64,000 bases of DNA from the human T2T-CHM13v2.0 reference genome, Homo sapiens: assembly GCF_009914755.1 (NCBI RefSeq), contig NC_060929.1. The stretch is one strand, 5' to 3'. The notes below the pieces were generated by a model. The model saw nothing but the letters and a program-made list of their open reading frames with translations. It had not been told where the DNA came from and did no database searches. Positions 1 to 14,055 of the stretch are shown here, in pieces; the first letter of the stretch is position 1, and the number at the start of each line of letters is the position of its first letter. Made by a program: the position numbers and the translations under genes.

Positions 1-412
<412 letters not shown>

Positions 413-594
413 CTATACATTTCACCCTCAACATTTTTTATAACCTGAGGTCAGTGTTTGTTTAGGAAGAGTGATGGGACATATTGAGATATGTCACTTT
501 GATAACTATAGAAGGATTGAAAAGGAAATCTCTTTAAAAATCAAATATGAGAGCCAATAACTCAGTATTCAAGTGTAAGGGCTTCGAAGTCAGG

Positions 595-1085
595 CATTTA
601 TTTATTCAACAAGTAATCACTGCTGAGTATGGTGAATATGGTGGCAGGAACTGTGTATGCTAGGTACCATGTTTACAGTGATAGGCAAAACTAGTTCTTG
701 GCCTCTTGAAATGTAATGTGTTAGTGAAAAGTAAACAAATATGGAATAAATGAACAAATATGGGACAAAATATAATTGGATTCTATTCAGAGAAAATTAA
801 TGATGGAACCAAACTTGGACTGGGGCATCAAGGAAGGATTCTCTGAGGAGTGAGATTTGAGCTGAGTCCAATATGATGAGTTAAGATGGCACAATAGTAG
901 AATAGAGTGACAGGCATTCTAGAGAGAATGGCCCATGCAAAATCTCAGAGGATGGGAAAGGCTTAGCGCATTTCAGGAACCAAAAGGTCAGTGTGGCTAG
1001 AGTGTAGTGAACAGATGGCATAGTGGAGTGCACTACAATTAGGTAGACAGGGAGCCATTCTCTTACAAGTTTTGTCGTTTTTACC
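595..1085 (-). mobile_element. L2 LINE 3' fragment
   Basis: CATTTATTTATTCAACAAGTA tail motif, AGGAAGGATTCTCTGAGGAG..GATTTGAGCTGAG and GGTCAGTGTGGCTAGAGTGTAGTGA are typical reverse-strand L2. Confidence 0.75.
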
Positions 1086-1114
1086 ACCAAAATGTATTGC
1101 AAGTGTATCTCCAG

Positions 1115-1300
1115 GGCACTACCCTGTCCAAGCTGCCATCAACTTTGCCCTGGACCACCTTTCTTCCATTCTAGCCCTCCTCCAGTCCAGTCGTTGTACA
1201 GAGCTAATTTTTAAAAAATAACCTATTAATTATACCATCTCCCTGCCTAAAACCCTTCAAAGGATCCTATTACACATTAAGTAAAATTTAACGATCTGGT
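1115..1300 (+). mobile_element. L2 LINE fragment
   Basis: CCCTGTCCAAGCTGCCATC...CTCCCTGCCTAAAACCCTTCAAAGG resembles L2 sense sequence. Confidence 0.6.
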
Positions 1301-1354
1301 TTCTCAGGACAGTGCAAAGGTTATATCCTTGTTCTTCTACTTTGTGTGTGTGTG

Positions 1355-1500
1355 TTGAGCAAGTTAATTTGTGAAAGTTCACTTTACTTATCTTTGTAAT
1401 AGGAATAATAATCTAACTAACATGAGTGTTTTGAAGATTAAGTGAAATTCATGTTAAACATTTAGCATAATCCTTGAATCTCAATCATATAATAAGCATT
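1355..1500 (+). mobile_element. MIR SINE (degenerate)
   Basis: TTGAGCAAGTTAATTT...TGTAATAGGAATAATAAT...GAAGATTAAGTGAAAT...TTTAGCATAAT core motifs. Confidence 0.65.
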
Positions 1501-1867
1501 AGCTGACATTTTTATAATCATTAAGAAAATAAGCAGACTCTCTGTTGAAATTTTTCCAGGTGAAGTTTGAATTAGAGTCAAAATTGTAGAAAGCTTGCTA
1601 TGAAGCCCCTTCACTTTAAACTTATTTGGCATTCTAATAACAACTCCATTTTATAATCACAGATTCTAACACAATGCCAATTCTGCTTTTATTTTTTATT
1701 TAAAAAATGAGGTAATACATGTATTATGGGACCAGAATGAAAAAAATACTTTCTTCTGAGTACCTTTCCACGTGGCTCTTCTGGCTCTGAGAAATCTTTT
1801 TCTCTACTCAGTGAACTTTGATTTCTTCTTACCGTAAATAATGTCTTCTACACTTTATTCATTATAC

Positions 1868-2522
1868 CAAGGATCAGCAAATGATGGACATGACCCACCA
1901 CTTGTCTTTGTAAATAAAGTTTTATTGGAACACAGTTGTCTTGCTACCAAACTCACTCTTGAGACTTTCTCCCTTCCTTGCTTTGAAGAAATAATACCAT
2001 GTTATAAGAGAGGCTGCGGATAGGGCTACATGACAAGGAACTGAGGGTGACCTCTAGGGGCTGAGGGAGAACAGCCAGCAAGAAATTGAGGCCCTTAGCC
2101 TTATAGCCTCTATGAAATAAATTCTGCGAACAACCTTGAATTAGCCTGGAAATGGGTTTTCTTGTCGTTTTTTTGTTTGGCTTTGTTTTGTTTTTTTCCC
2201 TGTTAAGCTTCTGGATGAGAGCACAGTCCAACTGACTCTTATTGCAGCCTTGTGAGATTTTAAACAAAGGACCCAACTAAACTATGCTTGAACTCTACCC
2301 ATGGTAATTGTGAGATGATAACTCTGTTGTTTTAAACCTCTAACTTTGTAGTAATTTGTTACGCTGCAATAGATAACTAAAACAACAGCCATGCTCAATT
2401 GTTTACATATGGTCTGTAGCTGCTTTTGAACAACAGCAGGGTTGAGTAGTTGCAGCAGAGACCATATGGCCCACAAAGCCTAAAACCTGGCCCTTTATAG
2501 AAAGAAAGGATGCAGAACCCTG
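1868..2522 (+). mobile_element. MER58A hAT-Charlie MITE, split by an MLT1 LTR
   Basis: TTTGTAAATAAAGTTTTATTGGAACACAG | ACAGCCATGCTC...GAGACCATATGGCCCACAAAGCCTAAAA...CCCTG. 8-bp TSD CATTATAC (1860-1867) / CTTTATAC (2523-2530). Confidence 0.88.
1937..2384 (+). mobile_element. MLT1 (E/F-like) ERVL-MaLR solo LTR
   Basis: TG...CA termini. Ends GTAATTTGTTACGCTGCAATAGATAACTAAAACA. 5-bp TSD ACAGT (1932-1936) / ACAGC (2385-2389). Confidence 0.85.
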
Positions 2523-2659
2523 CTTTATACTATGCTCTCTAAACCGGAGCATCCCTAGAGAAATAAAGTAGTTGGTAGGGAACACAAAAAGTCGTAAGAT
2601 GGACGTTGTATATATTTCAATAGCATCACTTCTACTTTTTGCCAGAAGTAGAAGAAATT

Positions 2660-2990
2660 ACATTTTCTATCCTCTTTTGCAGCTACTGCAGCCGTGGAAC
2701 TAAGTGTTGCTAATGAATTGTGAATGGAAGTGATCATTCATCTCCAGTTGTCTTCCTCTTTCTGTGATTGAAACCCAGATTTGGAGCTGAGTCAGCTTTG
2801 AGCAGACAAGAATGCTAATGCTTAAGAGGTAGGGAGCAACAAGATGGAAGGAACCTGGGTCCCTGAATATACTTATAGAACACAGCTGTCTCCATGCCCT
2901 TGACAGAAATAAAATATCTTGTTTGAGTTATTAAATTTGGGGTCAGTTTAGGCTATACACAGCACGTTTGCCTGTAGCCTAACTAATATG
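2660..2990 (+). mobile_element. Old MLT1 (J/K-like) LTR fragment
   Basis: GGAGCAACAAGATGGAAGGAACCTGGGTCCCTGA...AGAAATAAA...CCTAACTAATA. Confidence 0.6.
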
Positions 2991-5081
2991 GTGGCAACAT
3001 AATTTTATTATAATTGGCCAGTAATGTACAACATATTTTAAAATGGAGATTTACATTTTATGGCAAAATGCATATAAATGTTAAAGAGGAAATGGGAAAC
3101 CTTAAAAAACAGAACAAAACCTTTGTGCTTGCAGCCTGCGAATTCAGGCTAAATTCTCAGTGTTACTGGGAACCTATATTCACCTCCCTCCTTCAGTGTG
3201 GTTATTTTGAGACAAATGTTTTGAGAAACCATAAGGGTATATTGTAAATTTCCCCCAAAGTCTTTCCATAATTCTTTTTCTACTGTTGAATAAGAGGACT
3301 GGGATGGTTCTGATTTATTCAGATGCATTAGTCAGAAGCTACTCAGGAATTATAATTTAAATTTCTGATCAATTTTGCTTCCCTAAAACTTTGATTTTTT
3401 TTTTGCCATCATTATGCAAATAGTCCTACTCAATAGACCAGCTTCATTTAATGCTAAAATTAGGAACACATTAATTTGAGGTATTTTATAGTAAAGCTTA
3501 ATGGCATTTTTAATTTTGGAGAATTTTAAGGATTTTTAACCATTGCTCCCATCTCGCCATATGCACACTCCTGAAGTATTTTTGAAGCTCTTTTGCTTTT
3601 CTCTGAACTATAAGGTTGTACTAGCTGTTATGGAGGCCTACAATCCAAATCTAAATGATGGCAGTTTTCATAGCCTACTTTGTTTTATTTGAAATGGAAA
3701 GTTACTGATTTTTATTTCAAAAGAAGTAGTCTGCAAAGACAGGAAAGGTGAAGCCAGTCCAGTCAACAAATCTGTAAGGAAGATGGTGCTACAGGCTTAG
3801 AGAGACTGTTTCAATCTCCAAGGCAGGAAAAATAATGAATATATAATAATCTTCTTTTAGTGAAACCAGAGTTCAGTCATTTTTAGCATCTTTTAATGAG
3901 AACCTGATTTTTTAATGATTTTTAAAGATTTTTCCTTCAAAAAATCTAGGTAAAGGAAAGCAGTTAATAGTAAATTTAATAGTTGCATTTATTTTTTTCT
4001 GACTTATGTTTGTATTTTTTTAATTGGCAAATAAAAATTAAAAACACTGTACATTCTACCCAAAACTTTAAAGGAAAGTCAATAATAAAGTTTTTTAAAT
4101 CTATGATAAATATAGACTTGCTGTAAGGCAAGGAGTGCAGTGATTTCTCAAGGCCTTTCCTCATCTCTCCTTCTGAGATTTCTAAGTTTCCTTTGTGCAC
4201 TATTTTTAGTCCACATTTCAAATTATTCTGCAGTTTCAACCAGACTACATAAGGGGACAAAGGAAAAAGCTGCTGTCCCCTGGATAAGGCTGCTTTAACA
4301 CATCAACCTTGGAAGCTCCAGCATTCCTCTCCATCCCAAGAATGTGTTTATGCTTTGACAGAGGAGCAGAGTAATTTCCAGCTGATCAGAGAAAAGGTGA
4401 CTTGTGTATTCCAGACCATGTGTTCTACTTTGCAGTCCAGCTTCTTACTCTCTTTCATGCTGCTGCAAGTAGTTCTACGAACATTGGGGTGCTTTAGAAA
4501 TACTGAATGAATGAATTAATAGAGTATGTAGTTTTTTTCTGCCTTGGGCTCTCTCCATTTATTTGCACAGTACTATCTAAATTCTTAAAATAATTGTAAA
4601 CTTAAAGTTGTACAAAAGTAGTTTTCAAACTGGTTTAGCCAGCTATGCTGGTATTTGGTAATTCCATTAGGGAATAGCCACATCCCTTCTAGGGAGTATC
4701 TCCTGAGGTCACTGATCCTTTTATTCATCATCCAGGAGATAAACATGAGAATAAAAGCCTTATAACCAGCCAGAGACCCAGATTTCTGCCCTCCAGAAGG
4801 CTAGAGCAAGTTCTCGCATTGCTGTGAAGAGATTTATGATAGTCATGAAGTTGACCTACACATGCTTCTGGGTACTGATGCTGCAAGACTGAAAACAGTT
4901 ACATTCCTAGCAATTTCAGAGTTGTTTTATGTGATAGGGTCAAAATGAAGTGCTCCAGAGAGACATCAACAACATTCTTATACTGAAATATATGTTCAGT
5001 GTGTATAGATTTTCTGAGCTCATTACCCAGAAGATTTTAATTTCCTGCTGAAAAGAGTATCTTGATTAAAGACACACATAG

Positions 5082-5103
5082 ACACACACACACACACACA
5101 CAC
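5082..5103. repeat. (AC)n microsatellite
   Basis: About 11 consecutive AC units. Confidence 0.95.
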
Positions 5104-7125
5104 TCCTGTACACACTGCCTACAAACAGGCTTTCCTCACTGATGTGGGACAATTCTGACAAAGTTTTTTTAAGTCTCCCTTTACATGGCACAGATTGTTC
5201 CAACTTATCACAAATATACCAGCTGGACAAAAATCAGATAAAGTTGACATAGATAGTACAGAAAGCAGGCAAGATAAACAGAGCCACACAGAAAGCTGTT
5301 CAGTAACAGTTTAGTTTAATTTTATGCAACTAAGACTGTGCCTTTAGATGTAGAGCCCAATGTGAGGGATCAGTTTCTTATGATAGAGTAATATTTATAA
5401 CATCTAACTTTTCTACCTTATGGCAGAATGCCCTGTGAATCCTTGAAACTCAAGGCCTTCTTTGTCAGAGTTTTGGTTCTTACTGCAAAGTATGTTCTTT
5501 CCTTATGTCATCCAAACAAAGTAACTAGAGTAGTAAAAAGAAAGTCAGTGAGTTTGGATGCATTGGCTTTCTGGACTTGCAAATTATCCAGTGCAGGCAT
5601 TTCTCACACAGCAGGCTTGGAGGACTCTGGGGGTGGCCACCTTTGCTAGATATGCTATTAACCTCCTTCATATGGTTGGGTCAGTGATCTTGTAAAGTTC
5701 TGCTTGGCAGGCTCATAGGTGTTGATAGGTGCCCTAAACTGATGGACCAGTAGAGGGTGGCCACCATCTGTGAGGTTATTTCTTCAGGCCCTCAATAAGC
5801 ACTTACCCAAATGCACTGATTTTACAGTGCTGTGGTTCTGTACTGGATTCCATGAAGCACCCTTCCCGTCTCTGATTTTCCAGGATCATTTTCCTTAAGT
5901 TAATGCCATTCCTGTAAATGCATTTCTACTCTTTGATCCCTTTTCTTTAGTTTACACTTTCAGTTAAATCTGTAAGCAAGATAATCTTTGAAAATTATTT
6001 TAATTAATGTTTATATTTAGCTCTATAGTCTGTGTAAGGAGATCCAGGGTTACAAGAGTCTGCTTGAAAAAATAGAGCCACATCAGATCAAATTTTCTTT
6101 CCATAGGATTGTATTTTTTGAAATGTTAAAAATTCTCCTATAATTAAATATTTAAACCTTATTTCATCATTTTTCTAAGCGTTTTTACTTTAGGGTTTAC
6201 TAAAGGAAGCCAAATCAATTTCATAAACTTCTCTGTATAGGATTTCAAATAGAACATTTTTATGGAAATAGGGTGAATATGTTATAGAGGAAGAAATGCT
6301 TCTGCCTCTCTGCCTACTTCCCTATTGGCCCTCTCTCTCGTTCTCCCACATCCTTTAGGGAAGAATGGCTTGCCATTCATGTTTGGTCAGTTAAAGTATT
6401 GGTTGGCCATGTTTATCGATGGCCAGATCAACCATAAAAAGACCATGCCCATGGATGGTGCTCCTTTTGCATTTCTTGTTTCCACTCTATGGGATGGAAT
6501 AGAGAGAGTCCAGATTTTGAGGAGAAGCTGAGATGTGTGGGGAAGAGGGGCAGGTAGGGAGGGAGTGTCTTTCTTAGGCCTTAAGAATGAACCATATGCT
6601 CTTACCCAACCTTACCAAGCTCTGAAAGATAATTGTCATTTTGGTTCCCAGTTGCTATCAGTCTTCCTATGTGTAGCTCTTCTGGAAATGTCAGCATCAG
6701 GAGTGAATGGCAGGATAAGATTTGGGCATTTGTGAAGTTCTCTAGTCAGGTTCCATTAATGCAATCACAATTCCAGCCTCTGTCCTTTATCAGTCGTCTT
6801 AGCAGATCTGTCTTATTTTTCAGTGATAAACGTAGAGAGCTATGGGCAAAAACATCAAAGGTATCATTCATATCTTTCAATTCTCAAGTAGGCCTCGAGT
6901 AAGAGAAGAAGGCTTTGAAATCAGTTACTCTGACTCCCAAAGAAGACCTGCTTGACACTTCTAACTCTCCATTCTAAATGAGCAAAAATTTCATCTCCCT
7001 GAAAGCAGAGGGAAGACATTGCTGGGTCAGTTTCAAAGGCTCATTGGTTACCTTCCTGCCACAATAGACCATTGAGAGTCTCTGCTCCCCGTTCCTGGCA
7101 TGGTGGAAACTGACCTTACACTCAC

Positions 7126-7181
7126 CTTCCTCTATGTACTTCTGAGTGAGAACTTGAACTTCAACATCCCCCTCTAGCTCC
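7126..7181 (-). other. Candidate 56-nt exon of an unidentified transcript
   Basis: Minus strand: CCATACCTCTTCACTTTCCTAG| exon ...AAG|GTGAGT. Open frame ELEGDVEVQVLTQKYIEE. Splice signals only, no homology recognised. Confidence 0.3.
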
Positions 7182-7671
7182 CTAGGAAAGTGAAGAGGTA
7201 TGGAATATGCCCTCAGTAGCCTGGCTTGATTCTATCTTTTGGCTGTTTGCTGCATTTGTAGAAGGAAAAGAACAATAGAAAACATTGCTTCTCTCTTTGC
7301 AGACTAAGCATTTACAGTGGAACATAGCTAAGTAGGAAACCAAGAAAAAGAGAGGATGAGATGTTAACTGACGAATCAAGTTACTCTTGTGTGCTCCAGT
7401 AACAGATGTCCAAGAGGCTTCAGGCCTACCTTTGTGCCTCCTTTTTTAAACGTATTTGATCATCTGCAAGTTGGACTGATTTACATCATATGAAACCCAT
7501 GAGATGTGCTTGAGGCAGGAGAATGAATGAATTAAAGGCTTTTTCCGTATGTTATTTTCACCCTGAAGTAGTTAACCTATCCCAGTGTGTATCAAAAGCA
7601 GAAGAAACTGATTCTGCAATGCCAAGTTGTTTCTGCCTTGGACCATTTACCATACCTGAATCTTATGTGTC

Positions 7672-7702
<31 letters not shown>

Positions 7703-8235
7703 AACCTCATCCACAAAATGTGTTATAGGCAGTACAAAAAAAATTATTTAAATTAAATTAGTGATAGTTAGCTTTAAAAAACATGCAACATTTCAGTTCC
7801 CTGCAAGGGGCTCTGAAATGTCCAATGATATGTTTCAGAGCCATTAAGCTTGTTTGCCTCTTTCTGCTTCTCCTTCCTGACCACTGTTGTGGGGGCAGAG
7901 AGCCAGATGTCAGGAGGTTCCTTTCCCAAACCAGTTAGCATGTCCTCATATTTTGCCCTCTTCAGCCACAGCTTGTTCTCGGCTCTCTCCCTGCATGAAT
8001 CAACAGCAGTCCCAGGACAGGCAGAGACCATCAGGAGCTTAACCTTCACACAGAGAGAGACTCCAGATCTCAGAGAGCAGTGCTCAAGATTCCAAGACAG
8101 AACCCTGGGATTTTCTACTGTGAGTTTCATGCTGCAAATACACAAATCAACAGTTATTTTGTATGTATACTCAGGTTTCTTCATTTATTTGAAAAGGTGG
8201 AGGAAGGAATGGAGAAAAATGGACAGAGGTAGGAG

Positions 8236-8281
8236 TGTGTGGGGGTGTGTGTGTGTGCATGCATGCACGTGTGTGTGTGTG
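8236..8281. repeat. Imperfect (TG)n microsatellite
   Basis: TG runs interrupted by GGGG and GCATGCATGCAC. Confidence 0.85.
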
Positions 8282-8854
8282 AAAAGGCATTATATTTAAA
8301 GAACAATGGTTTTTGATAGCCTTATAATTACTATATTCTAATAGGATGCTGAGCACGGCCTTGGCCGGTTAACTCTATTTGCTTAGTCATTCGTTCATTT
8401 ACACATGTATTTACCCATTAACTAATAGGCCAGTCAAATGAGGTTACTTCTGGAGTGCTGTAGTTCTGTTTGCATATCAGGATCTACAATAAAAGCATTG
8501 CCTTAGGTCCTCAGGTAGAGGTTGATCAGGGGCAGAAAGGCTTTTCCTGCTGACTCCACCAGCAGCATTCTGGTAAGATGAAAAATGGAGAATGATTAGT
8601 GTGGGCCACCCTTGAGAGACTATGGTTAGTCATAATTGAGTAGACACAGCAATACCTTCACGAGACTATCCATCAAGAAATAAGTTTTTTAAACTGTAGT
8701 TCTAGTAAGAAAGACAAACCTATTTATTTTGTTTAAGTAAGTGTGCTTGGTGCCAGGGATTCGAAATAAGATAGGGGCTCATCTCTTTGGCCTTAATTCT
8801 AGGCTAAACATTACTCAGCTTGATGGTAAGTGTAAAACTGAATACAACTACTAC

Positions 8855-9097
8855 AGCAATGACCCACTGGAAATGTGTAGCACTTTACAGTTTATAGAAA
8901 TCCTTTTATATGCTTGTTCTCGTTTGATCCTTGCATTATTCTTTAGTTAATTGAACAAGTGTTATTTCCATTTTCTAAATGAACAAACTAAAACGAAGAC
9001 ACCTAAATCACTTGCCTAAGATTACACAGCTGAACTCAGACTAGAACTCAGAATGTCTAATCCCTAGTTTAAGGCTCTTTTAATACTTCACTGTGCC
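8855..9097 (-). mobile_element. MIR SINE
   Basis: TAGCACTTTACAGTTTA...CCATTTTCTAAATGAACAAACT...CACTTGCCTAAGATTACACAGCT...GACTAGAACTCAG. Confidence 0.8.
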
Positions 9098-9129
9098 AAT
9101 TATCAATTTTTGTCCCTCCAAATTTTCCC

Positions 9130-10201
<1,072 letters not shown>

Positions 10202-10234
10202 CTCACTAAATGTTGGTGTGAAGTCACAGACAAG

Positions 10235-10345
10235 GTAAAGTTTCCTATGGGTAGGACTTTATCATATATCTCACATCACTACAAGCACCTGCCTATTTTA
10301 ATGCCTGACACACAAAAAGTCTTGAATAAGTTCTGATTAATTGAG
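10235..10345 (+). mobile_element. L2 3' end fragment
   Basis: GGGTAGGACTTTATC...TGCCTGACACACAAAAAGTCTTGAATAAG. Confidence 0.5.
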
Positions 10346-10669
10346 CACAATTTAAGTTAATTTTAACACCCCTATTTGTTGAGATGTAATAACAGCCTAC
10401 TGAGAGGTCCAGCATGCTGAGAGGAAAGAGTCAAAAATTTGTTCATGTATGTGATCACTTATTTGTTCAGTAATGTTGATCAATAATGTTGACTGGGATA
10501 AGCAGCACTGGCTCCAACTGCAGGTCAAACAGCAGAATTGGCCCCAACTGGGAGGCGGAGTGAATCATTGCTGTTAGAGGACAAGCAAAGGGAACATTCA
10601 GAAGGAAAGAATGAAAACAACACAGAAAGACCCAGAAAGAACCAGGGAAATACAGAGTACTCTAATCAC

Positions 10670-10775
10670 TTCTGAGGCTCAGAGGGGACAAATGACCTGT
10701 CCCATGTCATGTAGCCCTCTTCTTGGCAGAGCCAAGAGTAGAGAGCAGATTCTATAATCCTCAGTCTAAACTCTT
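10670..10775 (-). mobile_element. MIR fragment
   Basis: CTGAGGCTCAGAGGGGACAAATGACCTGTCCCATGTCA...GGCAGAGCCAAGAGTAGA. Confidence 0.6.
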
Positions 10776-12377
10776 GACATTACATATTGCATTGCTTCTC
10801 CAAGTGGGGCAGGAAGGGGTGGTAATGCAAACTGCCATTTCGGGAAGTGGTTAAAAAAAATACCTTAAAATGTGGTTATCCTTTACCTAGTAGTTCTAAA
10901 GGAGTCCATGTTTGGGATCCAAGAAATTCCCCTGCCAATGCTATTACCTTTTGGAAAACAGCTAGCAGTCTGTCAAATATGCTAGATTTGGGGTTTGACG
11001 CCCCTCAAGGTAATCAGTGACCTGTTAAACCACAGTATCTCAAGCCTTGTAGGCAAAGCAAAATGTTACCTGTCCTACCCCTGCTCAAAGTATCCATCAT
11101 TTCTCTAATGTAGTCTCACACCCATATGTAAAGCCTCTCTAGCACTCCTTTCCAAAATCTGTAGCTTAATTATGCTAATGATCTTCATTTATCATGTTGG
11201 TTTACTTATCAGGACATTTTCCTATTTCTGGTCAGATGTTTTTCCAGGGATTCAAGGCATGGAATCCTTCATTAAGTGGGGAAGAACCAACAGAATTTGT
11301 TCCACATATTCCTCTGACACATCCCCAAAAGCATGACTTCTAGCCTGAATCCTACAATGAATGTATGGGTGTATGTGACACACTGTAATTTTTCATCAAC
11401 AGATGGGTCACATATGAGCCAAAGATGAATGTAGATGTAGCAAGGTCTGTATGAACTAAGCCAAACCATGTTTAGAATGTCTTTGTTGGCTGTCATTGGG
11501 AAGTAGTGCATGCTGATTAACTGATTTGAGATGTGCATACGCCTCTGTGCTGGAAAGCAAGAGACACGTGGGTCCAGAGAAAATGGACCAGCCTGTAAGT
11601 GTCTTAGCAGAGGCCAGATGCTCTGCAAGGAGTTCCTGTGAAATGAGAGCTATACTTTTCAGACCACCTCTAGCTGAATACATCTAATTGGGAGTTGCAG
11701 GTGCATGGGAAATAAAATTTCCCTCACTGGGGAATTTGCTGCAGTGAGGATGGCTCTATTAAATCAGTGAGGAAGCAAACTTCCAGGACTTGGACATACT
11801 TACTTAGGCTATACACTTTGTAGGCTGGGCTTGCTCTAAGAGCCAGTCCTGAGATGCTTTCTGGCCTGATGGTTTTCAACAAAGCCACTATTTTTCTTTC
11901 TCTCTTCTTCCCTGTGTCTCTCATTCCTTGCACATATACTGTTCTAGAGATCTAAGGTTTTCTCCAGGAATACTCTTCTTTTACTTTTGTTTTATTCATT
12001 TAAGAGACACTGCTAAACTCTGGGAATACAGCAGCCCTCCGTGCAACTTCTTTTTGTTCGTTTTTAAATTGGGCAACACCTAATTCCATAAAATAGAATG
12101 AGTGTTTCTGAGACTTCTATTTTAGTCAAAATCTTGCCATCCTCTCTTAATAACCAATATAGGATTCTGTTACAGAGAGATTCAGAATAGTAGACTTCTG
12201 GACCTTGGATGTCACTGAGTTTAAGAGAAAGGTAGTCCCAGGACTCTGGTCTAGCAGCTGAGTAAGGCTCAGGCCTTAGAATGGCTTAGCTTGCTCCATT
12301 GCAATGCATCATCCTGGATGTTAAAATCCAGCTGTCTCTCTGAAAACTAAATATGAAAGACTGAGATTTAGTCAACT

Positions 12378-13445
12378 TTGCTGAGATTTAATTTACATAT
12401 AATAAAATGAATCATTTTAACTGTGCAGTTCAGTAAGTTTTGAAAAACGTCTATACAGATTCATGTAACTGCCACCAAAATTGAGAAAGGACACTTCCAC
12501 CATCTCAAAAGATTCTGTGTGTTCCTTTGTAGTAAGTCTCTTCTACCCCATCCCTAGACAACAGCTGATGTGCTGTCATTGTACACATATATTAGCTTTG
12601 CCTGTCCTAGAACTTCATGTTAATGGGAAGCATCCTGTATGTACTGTTTTGTGTCTGGCTTCTTCAGTGTATTTTTGAAATTTATCCACATTGTTGTGTG
12701 TATCCAAAGTGTGTTCTTTTTCATTGCCAAATAATGTTCTGCTATATGAATATATTACAAAATATTTGTCTGTTTATCTATTGGTGGATTTTTGCATTCG
12801 TTCCAGTTTGGGGCTATTATGAATAAAGCTTCTGTGAAAATTCGTTTCTGTCTTTTGGAAGACACATGTTTTCATTTCTCTTATAGAAATGCCTAGGAGT
12901 AGAGTGAGTCGTATGGAAGGTGTTTAACTTTATAAGAAACTGCTAAACTGTTTTCCAAAATAATTGTACCATATCACATTCCTACCATGCTTTTATGAGG
13001 GTTCTTAATGATCCATATCCTCACCAACACTTGGTATTGTGAGTCTTTCTAATTTAGCTTTCTAGAAGATGTGTGTTTTGATTTGCATTACCATGATGAC
13101 TAATGATTTAACAATTTTTCATGTGCTTATTGTTCATTCATATATCTTTTAAGAATTGTCTTTTCAAATACTTTGCTCATTTTAAAAATTGCATTTATCG
13201 TTACTCTATAAGAATTATTTATATTATATGGAAACAACTCCTTTGTGAGATATTTTTATTGCGATATTTTCTCTATGTCAGTGCCTTGCCTTCAAAAGAA
13301 GGAGTGCTTTATTTTTTAAAAGGCATGCTCTTATTTTTTTCTTTTATGATTTGTGCTTTATGTGTTCTAAGATATATTTACATTTTCTGATGTCACAAAT
13401 GTTTAAGTTTTATAGTTTTAGCTTTTATATTTAAATCTAATTGGA
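12378..13445 (-). mobile_element. Old L1 (L1ME/L1MD-like) 3' UTR and ORF2 end
   Basis: GAGATTTAATTTACATATAATAAAATG...TTCCAGTTTGGGGCTATTATGAATAAAGC...CCATATCCTCACCAACACTTGGTATTGT. Resumes at about 22340. Confidence 0.85.
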
Positions 13446-13769
13446 TTTTTTAATTCTTTTTTATCCTTTTTATTGAGGTAAAACATACATATAAGATTTA
13501 CCATCTTTACCACATTGAAGTGTACAGTTCAGTGCTGATAAATACATTCATATTCTTTTGATTTCCCTTTATCTTCCCAGCCCTGCTACCCTTCCTAGTC
13601 TCTGACAACTACCATCCCACTCTCTATTTTTATGAGATACACTTTTTTAGCTTCCACATATGAGTGAGAACATGCAGTATTTGTCTTTCTGTGCTTGGGT
13701 TATTTCAGTTAACATAATGGCCTCCAGTTCCATTCATGTTGCTGTAAATGATAGGATTTCATTCTTTTT

Positions 13770-14055
13770 CTGAGACAGGGTCTTACTCTGTTGCCCAAGC
13801 TAGAGTGCAGTGGCATGATCATGACTCACTGCACCCTTGACCTCTCAGGTTCAAGCAATTTTCCTACCTCAGCCTCCCAAGTACCTAGGACTACAGGCAT
13901 CAGCCACTATGCTTGGCTAATTTTTTAAAATTTCTTGTAGAGACGGTGTCTCATTTTGTTGCCCAGGCTGCTGTCAAATTCCTGAACTTAAGTGATTCTC
14001 CAGCCTTGGCCTCTCAAATTGCTGGGATTACATGCATGACCCACCTCATCTGGCC
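13770..14055 (-). mobile_element. AluJ
   Basis: Full dimer. 17-bp TSD AG(G/A)ATTTCATTCTTTTT at 13753-13769 and 14056-14072. Confidence 0.92.

Noticed and set aside
7186-7197. Plus-strand 12-nt microexon (CCTAG|GAAAGTGAAGAG|GTATGG)
   Set aside because: Weak polypyrimidine tract, no supporting context, and it overlaps the stronger minus-strand acceptor.
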